Shown: piece by piece, positions 43,048 to 50,996 of the stretch
Position numbering within the stretch: position 1 is the first letter of the stretch
Layout: each line of letters starts with the position of its first letter
Sequence record: PZ049713.1
Origin: a phage
Length of the DNA stretch: 59,621 nt
Direction: 5' to 3' (one strand)
The notes under the pieces: generated by a model
The model's database searches: none
What the model saw: the letters and a program-made list of their open reading frames with translations, nothing else
What the model was told of the DNA's origin: nothing
Position numbers and translations under genes: made by a program

Positions 43048-43349
43048 GCTGCACCCCGCACAGTCAGCACGCCGGCCTGAATCAGCGCGATATGCGTTTC
43101 GGCGATTGCGCGCGGCATGTCCTGCCAGTCCACCTCGCCCCGGCCACGGCCATCGATTGCGTCGTGGCACGAGCTGCAGGCGAACACAGCAACGGTGTCC
43201 AGCCCTTTCATACCGACCCCGCGCTGGCCACATGGCAGGTGTGCCAGAACGGTGGTCTCGGGGTTGAAGTTGCAGACGCCCGGAATGCGGACGGTACAGT
43301 CCTGGCCGCGGGCGCTGTCGCGGAGCTTCTTGGAGACGATGCGGGTCAT
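43044..43349 (-). CDS. DUF1364 (YbcO-like) putative nuclease
   Basis: KKLRDSARGQDCTVRIPGVCNFNPETTVLAHL is typical of DUF1364 lambdoid Nin-region proteins. Confidence 0.75.
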   Translation of the reverse strand: MTRIVSKKLRDSARGQDCTVRIPGVCNFNPETTVLAHLPCGQRGVGMKGLDTVAVFACSSCHDAIDGRGRGEVDWQDMPRAIAETHIALIQAGVLTVRGAA

Positions 43350-43786
43350 GCTGCCCTCCGCTCGCCATAGATGGCGTACATCAGGTCTTCCGGGTGCGGC
43401 AGCAGCAGGCCCAGCTGCTCGGCGCAGTAGGCGTCAAGCAGCTCCAGGTAAGTGGTCATCTGCTGGATCGTGAAGGCTCGAGTCTTGGCTCGGCCTACCC
43501 GGTACCGGGCGCCGTCCGGCAGCTCTACCGGGTGCACCTCGGACGGCCATAGCTTGCTGACCAGGATCTCGTGCCATTCCTCAGCGCTGGCGATCTGCCC
43601 GAACGACTCGCGAAGGTGCTGCTGGATCAGGCCGTTCCACTGCCAGAGCAGACGGTTTTGGGCGTCGGAGCGCTTGCTGCGAATCTCGGTGATTGCGACC
43701 TTGCGAGGCTTGGAGAGGTCCAAGCCCTGCAGGAAGCTGATCAGGCGCTGGCGGTCCATGTCGGAGCGGAGCATGAGGTCAGCCAT
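43346..43786 (-). CDS. ninB: NinB/Orf-family recombination mediator
   Basis: RSKRSDAQNRLLWQWNGLI aligns with lambda NinB RNRSLDQNRKLWACLGDV. Confidence 0.75.
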   Translation of the reverse strand: MADLMLRSDMDRQRLISFLQGLDLSKPRKVAITEIRSKRSDAQNRLLWQWNGLIQQHLRESFGQIASAEEWHEILVSKLWPSEVHPVELPDGARYRVGRAKTRAFTIQQMTTYLELLDAYCAEQLGLLLPHPEDLMYAIYGERRAA

Positions 43787-44480
43787 TTACGCGGCCTCCT
43801 TCAAAGCTGGCAGCGAGCTCAACGAATGCTGCGTAAGCCACTGCTGCCACTTGCCCGTTTCCAGAGGAGCGGTATCGGTCCACCCTTCCGGCCATCCCAT
43901 CAGCCACTCGTGGATTTCCGGGCTCGGACGCCCAAACACTCGCCGGAACTCGCGCGCGGCCGGCCACTTCTGCATTGAATCGGCGCAGTAGTTCGCCTTG
44001 GTCGTCGGCGTGTGCAAGTAGCCAGTAGCGCTGCCGAACGTGGTCAGCACCCAGGTCTGCCGCGGAGAGGGGAAGCATTCGGACTTGGTAACCCATGCGA
44101 ACGAGGTCGCGTCCGGCTTCTTCAATTGCTCGCTCGGCGACGTTCTCGGCGAAGACAAGCCTGGGAGCGACATCTGCCACGATCCGGCGCATCTCCGGCC
44201 AAAGGTTTTCAGCGTTGTTGCGTCCAGCAGCGGCAGTGCTGAAGGCCTGGCAGGGAAAGCCTCCAGATACGACGTCAACAATTCCGCGCCACGGTAGGCC
44301 GTCAAACGTTCGAACGTCATCCCAGATGGGGAACGGCGGGAGGACTCCATCGTTTTGTCGCTGGACCAGTACCCGCTGACAGTGCTCGTCGTGCTCGACG
44401 GCGCAGACAGGAGTGATGCCGAGCAGGTGGCTTGCGAGCAGGCCGCCACCAACGCCCGCGAATAGAGAAAGCTCATACAC
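43779..44480 (-). CDS. Short C5 DNA cytosine methyltransferase-like protein (233 aa)
   Basis: Motif I LFAGVGG, motif IV GGFPCQAFS, motif VI ENV, QRYW region. No recognisable TRD or motifs IX-X. Confidence 0.75.
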   Translation of the reverse strand: MYELSLFAGVGGGLLASHLLGITPVCAVEHDEHCQRVLVQRQNDGVLPPFPIWDDVRTFDGLPWRGIVDVVSGGFPCQAFSTAAAGRNNAENLWPEMRRIVADVAPRLVFAENVAERAIEEAGRDLVRMGYQVRMLPLSAADLGADHVRQRYWLLAHADDQGELLRRFNAEVAGRARVPASVWASEPGNPRVADGMAGRVDRYRSSGNGQVAAVAYAAFVELAASFEGGRVNG

Positions 44481-44736
44481 GGCGCGCCTCCCGCTTGTCG
44501 TGGTCGTCCTGGCATTCCTTGCAGCGCACGGCGTTCTTGACTGCGTGTAGCCGGCGCGGGTCGATGTCCTCGCCGCAATCCAGGCAGTCCGGCCGGCTTT
44601 CGCCAGTCATGCGCGACAGCACCATCGCCACGCCACCGATACGATCCGCTTCCTCTAGGCCAGAGGCGCGGTCTGTTACGTCGGGAGCCGTGCGGGCCTG
44701 CTCGAAGGCTTCGGCCATTTCCATGTAGTCGGTCAT
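44473..44736 (-). CDS. TraR/DksA-family zinc finger protein
   Basis: CLDCGEDIDPRRLHAVKNAVRCKEC four-Cys finger. Confidence 0.8.
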   Translation of the reverse strand: MTDYMEMAEAFEQARTAPDVTDRASGLEEADRIGGVAMVLSRMTGESRPDCLDCGEDIDPRRLHAVKNAVRCKECQDDHDKREARRV

Positions 44737-44891
44737 TTCCGTGCTCCTACGCCGCGCTGGGTGCTTCCGTCAGCACAGACGACGCGATGGTCATTGCCGC
44801 GTGATAGGCCTATGCCGGTCGCGGTGGTTTTTCGTATCTGGTAGCCCTGGCGCTGCAGGAGCTGGATGGCGTGCTGCTGGATAGGGGTCAT
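44733..44891 (-). CDS. Hypothetical small protein (52 aa)
   Basis: ATGA overlaps at both ends (with the dnaB stop and the traR-like start). Confidence 0.5.
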   Translation of the reverse strand: MTPIQQHAIQLLQRQGYQIRKTTATGIGLSRGNDHRVVCADGSTQRGVGARK

Positions 44892-46258
44892 GCGAAATCC
44901 CCCGATGCACTGCGACTGCGGAACCGGCCCATCTCAACTTCTTCCTGGCTGATCTCGCGCGCACCCGCGAAGCTCACGAACCGCGCGAACTGGCCTTGCT
45001 GCTGAAGGAGGCACGAGCCAACTTGCGCATGACGGCACTTTGTCATCAGGATTTCGGTGACGCCGTTCTGGCCTTCCTCGGTGTCCATGTCCCGGTGAAC
45101 CATGAGGATGCAGTGGGCGTCTGCCTCGATTTCGCCAGAGTCGCGCAGGTCAGCCGAGACGGGCTTTTTGCCTACGCGTTTGGTCGAATCACGGTTGAGC
45201 TGGGAAAGCAGGATTACGGGAATCCCAAGCTCTTTGGAGAGGTTCAACATCGCTTTGCTGATCTTGCCGACCTCTTCCGAGCGACTGCGCCCCTTCGCGT
45301 CAGCCGGGATCAGGCCGAGGTAATCGACCATCACGATGTCAAGGCCATGGTTGCGCTGAACCTGACGGGCTATCGACCGAATGCGCGCCGGGGTCATTCC
45401 AGGGCGGTCGCAGACGTAAAGTGGCTTGTCGACACACTTGGCTACTGCGGCGGTCATGCCCTGCCAATCGCCGTCCTGCATGTCTACGCCAGAGTCGAGC
45501 CGGCCGATATCAACCGACCCGAGAGATGCAATGACGCGCTGGCCAAGCTCTTCCTCTGGCATTTCCAGACTGAAGACCAGGCCAACACCCGCGCCGATCA
45601 TTGCGATGTTCTGAACGATCTGCAGGCCAAGCGTCGTCTTGCCGCTGCCAGGCAGGCCGGCAATCACGGTGACAGTACGGGGACGTAGGTGTCGGGTCAG
45701 CTTGTCGAGGTCAGGCAAGCCGGTGGAAAGCCCCACGACGCGCTTACCGTTGTGCTTCTCGTCGATCGTGTCGACGTTCTTGCGCACGATTTCGTCGATT
45801 CGCTTGTAGCCTGGCTCTCCGTCTTCCAAGTCGCGCAGGTCGGCCATCGCCTGCTGTGCGCTCGCGATAATGTCTGCAAGCGGCTTTTCCTCGGTCGCCA
45901 TCTCTGTCACGGCATTGGCGGCGTCCACCAGTCGGCGCAGAACGGCACGCTCGCGCACGGCTTTGGCATACGCTTCCCAGTTCGCCGTGCTGTAGGTGGC
46001 CTTTGCGATCTCTCCGGCATAGGCGATAGTCGAGTCGCCAGAAGGCAGCTCAGGGCGGAAGATCCCGACCGTCACAGGGTCGATAGGCTCGCCAGCGGCG
46101 TGGCAGTCGAGAATGGCCTGATACAGCGCGGCGTTTTCGATGTCGTAGAAGTCAGCCGCCACGACCTTGCCGCTGATCGCGTCAAACAGGCTCGGGTCGA
46201 GCATCATCGCGCCAAGCACGCCCCATTCGGCTTCGACGCTGTACAGTTCGCGGCTCAT
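44888..46258 (-). CDS. dnaB: Replicative DNA helicase DnaB
   Basis: 456 aa. Walker A GLPGSGKTT and typical DnaB N- and C-terminal domains. Confidence 0.95.
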   Translation of the reverse strand: MSRELYSVEAEWGVLGAMMLDPSLFDAISGKVVAADFYDIENAALYQAILDCHAAGEPIDPVTVGIFRPELPSGDSTIAYAGEIAKATYSTANWEAYAKAVRERAVLRRLVDAANAVTEMATEEKPLADIIASAQQAMADLRDLEDGEPGYKRIDEIVRKNVDTIDEKHNGKRVVGLSTGLPDLDKLTRHLRPRTVTVIAGLPGSGKTTLGLQIVQNIAMIGAGVGLVFSLEMPEEELGQRVIASLGSVDIGRLDSGVDMQDGDWQGMTAAVAKCVDKPLYVCDRPGMTPARIRSIARQVQRNHGLDIVMVDYLGLIPADAKGRSRSEEVGKISKAMLNLSKELGIPVILLSQLNRDSTKRVGKKPVSADLRDSGEIEADAHCILMVHRDMDTEEGQNGVTEILMTKCRHAQVGSCLLQQQGQFARFVSFAGAREISQEEVEMGRFRSRSASGDFA

Positions 46259-47046
46259 ACCTCACCCCCGCGCGCCGAGTCCCAATCAAAGATCACTGCT
46301 AGGCCTCCGTTTTCGCGCAGCCGGTCAAGCGCGCGATCGCCGATGTATGCAGCCAGCTCAGCGCTTGGCAGGTTCGAAGTCACGATGGTGGGAAACATGT
46401 TCCGGTAGCGGGCGTCGATGATCGTGTGCAGCGCCTGGCGCTCGAACTCGGTTCCGCCCTGGGCGCCGATCTCGTCGATCAGCAGCAGATCAACACTTGC
46501 CAGCTCTTCGAAAATCGCCTGCTCAGTCACCGCAGAGTCGCGCCCAAAACTGGACTTGATTGCGGCGATGATGTCGGCGGCCGGCACATAGAGCGCCGTC
46601 GCGCCGTACTGGCGAACCACGGCCTTGAGCACGGCGCAGCCAAGATGGGTCTTGCCGTTGCCGAAGTTCCCCAGCAGCAGCAAGCAGCGGCCTGCGTCGT
46701 AGTTCTCTTGGAACTGATCGACATAGGCTCGGCACTCATCGAGAGCGGCCTTCTGTCCAGCCAGCGGCGTGCGGTAGTTATCCAGCGAGCACTGACGGAA
46801 ACGTGCGGCGATGCCAGTTGCAAACAGAGCAGCGTTGACCGCCTCCCACTGCTTCGACTCGACGGCAGCGGCACGTGCAGCTTCGTCCGTCCCGTGGATG
46901 GCATCGAACCGGCAGCGCGGGCATCCGGTGACGCGGTGCTTGTCGTCAAATGATTCGATCAAGGTACGCTGGTACTCGCCGTGCAGTTCGCACTGCTCCG
47001 GGCGAGATTTGATCCGCGGCGAGGCGCCGAAGTTAGAAGTTCGCAC
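46255..47046 (-). CDS. DnaC/IstB-like helicase loader ATPase
   Basis: Walker A GNFGNGKTH and Walker B LLLIDEIG. Between the initiator and dnaB. Confidence 0.85.
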   Translation of the reverse strand: MRTSNFGASPRIKSRPEQCELHGEYQRTLIESFDDKHRVTGCPRCRFDAIHGTDEAARAAAVESKQWEAVNAALFATGIAARFRQCSLDNYRTPLAGQKAALDECRAYVDQFQENYDAGRCLLLLGNFGNGKTHLGCAVLKAVVRQYGATALYVPAADIIAAIKSSFGRDSAVTEQAIFEELASVDLLLIDEIGAQGGTEFERQALHTIIDARYRNMFPTIVTSNLPSAELAAYIGDRALDRLRENGGLAVIFDWDSARGGEV

Positions 47047-47842
47047 GACGAACCCCCAGGCGCTTGTTCTCTTCGGTCTTGGCGCGGATCTCTGCGGCGT
47101 TCACGGGCGGCAGGTTGGTGAATCGCGACATCTGGATCGGGCGGACATTGGCGGTCACCTTCTCAGGGAACAATCCGGTCCAGCCATTGGTGATCGAGAG
47201 CAGGATCACGGCGTCAGGGCTCGCGTGACCTTCCAGTTCCTTCGCCTGACGCTTGCAGCTCGTTTCGGTCAGCGGCTTGCGGATTTCCTTGCGGTGAGCA
47301 ACCCAGTCTGCCCAAACCTCAGCGGACACGTTGGCAGGCTTTGCAGCCAGAGCATCAAACTTCTTTCCCTTCGCCGGCGCGTCAGCGCCGTGCTCTTTCG
47401 GATCATTGATGGTTAAAGGATGGTTAAAGGACGGATTGGGTGCAGGAGCTGCACCCCGTTCTGTCGTGAGCTGCACCCCGTTCGTGCATGAGCTGCACCC
47501 CGTTGTGTCGTCAGATTCACCCCGTTCAGAACCGGGTGCATCTGCTGCACCCCGATCCATGCACAGGTCATATACCACTGGACGGCGGTCGTGGCGGTCA
47601 ATGTAGGCCGCAGCGATCGCCTGATTGCCCAGGGTGATTACCTCAGCCTCACGCAGAGACTCCAGCGCCGTGCGGATCGTGCGAACGGACAGGCCGGTGT
47701 CTTCGCTCAGGCTGCTTGCGGAAGGGAATGCGGCCTTACCATTCTTATCGGCGTAGTTCGCCAGGCACAGAAGAACATGGCGCGCCGTTGGCGAGGTAAC
47801 GATGCGCTGCTCAAGCGCCCAGGTCATGGCTTGAACACTCAT
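47033..47842 (-). CDS. Replication initiator (lambda O-like role) with N-terminal winged-HTH
   Basis: ATG at 47842 has a ggag RBS. ...LLCLANYADKNGKAFPSASSLSEDTGLSVRTIRTALESL... Iterons lie inside the gene. Confidence 0.75.
   Translation of the reverse strand: MSVQAMTWALEQRIVTSPTARHVLLCLANYADKNGKAAFPSASSLSEDTGLSVRTIRTALESLREAEVITLGNQAIAAAYIDRHDRRPVVYDLCMDRGAADAPGSERGESDDTTGCSSCTNGVQLTTERGAAPAPNPSFNHPLTINDPKEHGADAPAKGKKFDALAAKPANVSAEVWADWVAHRKEIRKPLTETSCKRQAKELEGHASPDAVILLSITNGWTGLFPEKVTANVRPIQMSRFTNLPPVNAAEIRAKTEENKRLGVRRANF
47446..47556. repeat. Origin iterons: 5 copies of (g)agctGCACCCCGtt
   Basis: gagctgcaccccgtt at 47446, 47468 and 47490 (22-bp spacing). Variants at 47512 and 47542. Adjacent tandem ggttaaagga at 47411 and 47422. 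Confidence 0.85.
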
Positions 47843-47843
47843 C

Positions 47844-48074
47844 TCAAATCTCCAGCTCGTCAGTGACGCGCTTGATGAACTCGTCGTAGCTCTCGGCCAT
47901 CTGAATACCCAGCTCTTCCAGGGCGCCGCGATAAGCCTTGGCCGATCCGTAGAGAGCCCAGCGATCACGCTCATGCAGATGCTTGAATGCCGAGTAGGAA
48001 GGCCACGGCCCTGCGATAACGGCGCTTGCGCGCTGCTGGTCGATGGTGTTGCGGTGGAAGTCGTGTTGGCGCAT
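47844..48074 (-). CDS. Hypothetical protein (76 aa)
   Basis: ORF between the CII-like and initiator genes. Its stop abuts the initiator start. Confidence 0.6.
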   Translation of the reverse strand: MRQHDFHRNTIDQQRASAVIAGPWPSYSAFKHLHERDRWALYGSAKAYRGALEELGIQMAESYDEFIKRVTDELEI

Positions 48075-48106
48075 AATTCACTCCAGTTCAGTTGTACCGC
48101 TGTTGA

Positions 48107-48132
48107 GAGCCCACCCTGTCCGGTGGGCTTTT
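48107..48132 (+). terminator. Hairpin plus T-run (plus-strand polarity) between minus-strand early genes
   Basis: agcccacc-ctgtcc-ggtgggct followed by ttttt. Paralogous to the 52032-52055 terminator module. Confidence 0.55.
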
Positions 48133-48145
48133 TATTGCCTGCGAT

Positions 48146-48568
48146 TCAGGCGACCTTTACCGACTCGATCAGCACGTCGAGGCTCTTTTGCGCCTCTCCG
48201 ATCTCGCGCTTGATCAAGGCTTTCTCGGTTTGGGATACATGGCCGTCTTCCAGCGCTGCGGTGACGGCGCGGGTCACGTCGGCGACCTCTGCGTGCATGT
48301 GCAGGACGGCTGTGGAAAGCTGTTCCGACTTGGGGCGCTCCTTGGCTACCAGCTCGAAGCCGAACGAATCAGCCAGCGCTTCCAAGGGGCGCATATCGCC
48401 TGTGTGCAGCAGGATTCCGAACAGGTGCTCGATGGTCAGGTGATGGGCATCGTTGTCCGGGTTTGCGCGCTGAAGCAGGCTCACATGCGGAACGCCCATC
48501 TTTGCTGCCAGGGCCTTGGCTTCGTGGTCCAGCACTGCGGACTGGGTGGCTCTGAGGAAATCTTCCAT
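48146..48568 (-). CDS. CII-type regulatory protein (CP76 family-like)
   Basis: 140 aa, second gene of the rightward-equivalent operon after cro. HTH-like AAKMGVPHVSLLQRANP. Confidence 0.55.
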   Translation of the reverse strand: MEDFLRATQSAVLDHEAKALAAKMGVPHVSLLQRANPDNDAHHLTIEHLFGILLHTGDMRPLEALADSFGFELVAKERPKSEQLSTAVLHMHAEVADVTRAVTAALEDGHVSQTEKALIKREIGEAQKSLDVLIESVKVA

Positions 48569-48655
48569 CGCGTAAAACCTCTTTTCTCTTTCCGTGGAGC
48601 CCTACCGTTCGTCGGGCAATACTGGATTCATGGAAACCACTGACAGGGATGTCGC

Positions 48656-48838
48656 TTATGCAGCTACTGGAGCCTTGCGAACCGCCTTGAACTTGCCGCG
48701 GGACAGGACCTGAATTTGGTACTGGCGAGACTCGGGAACCGTCTCCCCCCACATGGTTACTGCGCTGGGGCGGATACCGAGGGCGTCCGCTAGCTTCTTC
48801 TTGCTGCCGAAGAAATCGGCCACGTCTTGAGTCTTCAT
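48656..48838 (-). CDS. cro: Cro-like repressor
   Basis: 60 aa HTH (KKKLADALGIRPSAVTMW), divergent from the cI-like gene across the operator region. Confidence 0.8.
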   Translation of the reverse strand: MKTQDVADFFGSKKKLADALGIRPSAVTMWGETVPESRQYQIQVLSRGKFKAVRKAPVAA

Positions 48839-48864
48839 TGCTCGACCTCGGGTTAGCTTGCCGC

Positions 48865-48941
48865 AATTTCAGCATGCTTAAATTACTAGGTCAAGCAATT
48901 ACTTAAGCGCAGTGCATGCTTAAATTCAGGATGCTTAACAT
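48865..48941. promoter_or_regulatory. OR: three operator sites with divergent PR/PRM
   Basis: aatttcagcatgcttaaatt (48865-48884), gcgcagtgcatgcttaaatt (48907-48926), aaattcaggatgcttaacat (48922-48941). Minus-strand PR is TTGACC(48894-48889)-17 nt-TGAAAT(48871-48866). Confidence 0.7.
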
Positions 48942-48948
48942 GTGTGTT

Positions 48949-49590
48949 ATGGAAAGACACGAACGCATCGCCCGCGCCATCCAGCTCAGCGGGCTAAAGA
49001 AGGGCGACATAGCCGCGAAGTGCAACGTGGCGAACTCGGCCGTCACTCAATGGCTTTCAGGCGAGAGCAAAAGCCTCAAGCCTGAAAACCTGTTTGCCTT
49101 AGCCAAGGCGACAGGCTTCAGCGCTATGTGGCTTGCTATCGAGGAAGGCCCAGAGCGCATCGAGAGCAACGTCGAGCTTGGGCCAGACATCACCAGCCCA
49201 TACCGCGAGATTCAGATCGTGGGCACTGCGCAGATGGGCACAGAGGGTTACTGGTACGCGCTGGATGAGGCGGACGGCATTGTTGAAGTGCCATCCCGCG
49301 ATCCTGGCGCCTACGCCCTGCGCCTTAAGGGGGACTCAATGGCCCCTGCGATCCGCTCTGGCTGGATTGCAGTCGTTGAGCCGAACCACCGTCTCGTTCC
49401 GCTCGAATACGTGATGATCCGACTGCATGACGGCGAGTGCATGCTCAAGGAGCTGCTTCAAGCCACCGATGAGGAAGTGGTTGTGCAGTCAGTCAACGAG
49501 CAGTTCGGGCGCCGAACCATTCCGACAGACCAGATTGAAACGATCCACTATGTCGGCCACATCGTGGCGCCTAGCAAGGTTAGGGTTTAA
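48949..49590 (+). CDS. cI: CI-like repressor (XRE HTH plus S24 LexA-like peptidase)
   Basis: HTH KKGDIAAKCNVANSAVTQWLSG. S24 motifs LKGDSMAP and MLKEL. The ATG at 48949 leaves almost no leader (longest ORF from 48916 starts inside the operators). Confidence 0.85.
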   Translation: MERHERIARAIQLSGLKKGDIAAKCNVANSAVTQWLSGESKSLKPENLFALAKATGFSAMWLAIEEGPERIESNVELGPDITSPYREIQIVGTAQMGTEGYWYALDEADGIVEVPSRDPGAYALRLKGDSMAPAIRSGWIAVVEPNHRLVPLEYVMIRLHDGECMLKELLQATDEEVVVQSVNEQFGRRTIPTDQIETIHYVGHIVAPSKVRV

Positions 49591-49619
49591 GGGTGCGTTG
49601 AGTTGAGCGAGCAGGGATA

Positions 49620-50330
49620 GTGCGGCACAGCGATTGGATTGTCTTCGTAGATGAAAGCGGAGATCACAGCCTAGAATCGATTGACGATGCGTACCCAGTG
49701 TTCGTGCTGACTTTCTGCGTGATCAGCAAAGACGAATACCTGCAGAAGCTAGTGCCCCGAGTGAAGCGCCTAAAGTTCGACCTGTTTGGGCACGATAAGG
49801 TCATCCTTCACGAATCTGAGATAAACCGGAAGAAGGGCGCATTCTCTCGCATGCCGAAAGAGGATCGGGATTCGCTGATGGTCACGCTTGGAGCAATCGT
49901 TGCCGAGACACACTTTCAAATCTTCGCGATCATCATCGACAAGATTCAACACAAGCGGCGCTATTCAAAGCCTGCCCACCCATACCATCTAGCCATGCAG
50001 CTCGGGCTTGAACGCATATATGGCTTCTTGCGTAGCAAAGGACAATGCGAGCGGGACACGCACTTCATCTTTGAGGCGCGAGGAAACAAGGAGGACCTTG
50101 ACCTTGAGCTGGCCTTTAGGCGAGTTTGCGACGGAGATAATTTCGCTGGAGCTACCTACCCGTTTCAAATCGTAATTGCGGACAAAAAGACTAACTGCGA
50201 AGGCTTGCAGGTCGCCGACCTTACAGCTCGTCCAATCGGACTATCTGTGCTGAGGCCGGAACAAGAAAATCGAGCGTATGAGATTCTGCGGAAGAAGATG
50301 AATCGGTACGGAAGAAAGATCTTCCCGTAG
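49620..50330 (+). CDS. DUF3800-family protein
   Basis: N-terminal WIVFVDESGDHS is typical of DUF3800. 30 nt downstream of cI on the same strand. Confidence 0.65.
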   Translation: MRHSDWIVFVDESGDHSLESIDDAYPVFVLTFCVISKDEYLQKLVPRVKRLKFDLFGHDKVILHESEINRKKGAFSRMPKEDRDSLMVTLGAIVAETHFQIFAIIIDKIQHKRRYSKPAHPYHLAMQLGLERIYGFLRSKGQCERDTHFIFEARGNKEDLDLELAFRRVCDGDNFAGATYPFQIVIADKKTNCEGLQVADLTARPIGLSVLRPEQENRAYEILRKKMNRYGRKIFP

Positions 50331-50497
50331 CCCAGAAAGCGAAAAGCCCCTGAGACAAGTCCCAAGGGCTTAGCGCCGGCCGCGTAGTCGCAACCCATTT
50401 ATCGAAATTCTATTGCGAAACCTACCCCGGCCTTCACCGGATCAATCTCGCAATCCAACTATAGGACAACCTTTATCCGAATGCAATCGGACACCAA

Positions 50498-50521
50498 GCC
50501 CCGCACCACGCGGGGCTTTTT
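50498..50521 (+). terminator. Strong intrinsic terminator
   Basis: gccccgc-accac-gcggggc followed by ttttt. Confidence 0.8.
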
Positions 50522-50653
50522 GTGTCTGCACCACCCTCCCCTACTTAGGTCTGAGCAACTTCTTTACATGTGGCAACCGGCCACCATGTTTCCTCTTGCC
50601 CGGTGAAACCCTCACAATTACTGTGTGGATATCCAGCATTAAGGAGGGCCACA

Positions 50654-50911
50654 ATGAATCGGATGCAACCTCACGCCATCACCCACCACTGCCAAGCATC
50701 GACCTATAGCCGCTTGGTGCGCCGGGTAAATCTAGCGCTGACGGCGCCAACAGCGCAGCGCGAACGCCAAGCCAATCTCAGGCCAGGCCCGGATGATCGC
50801 CCCGAAGACTGGGAGCGCCTTCTTGAGGAAATCGAACAGGCCGACAACGTGACCATGCGACGACGACCAGACGGAAGCGTCCATGTGATCTGGCGGTGCG
50901 CAAGCTGCTAG
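50654..50911 (+). CDS. Hypothetical protein (85 aa)
   Basis: ATG at 50654 is preceded by an aaggagg RBS. The upstream part of ORF 50570-50911 lacks an RBS. Confidence 0.6.
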   Translation: MNRMQPHAITHHCQASTYSRLVRRVNLALTAPTAQRERQANLRPGPDDRPEDWERLLEEIEQADNVTMRRRPDGSVHVIWRCASC

Positions 50912-50996
50912 CTGCATGCTTGCATTTCATGTTTGACATGCTTGCTTAGCGGTGGCCAAATGCAAGCACATAAAACTGTGCGAGGATTTTGCAAGC

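Noticed and set aside
47446-47556. Regularly spaced 15-bp repeats as a possible mini-CRISPR array
   Set aside because: Spacers are only 7 nt, the repeats lie inside the replication initiator ORF, and no cas genes or leader are present. Origin iterons explain them better.
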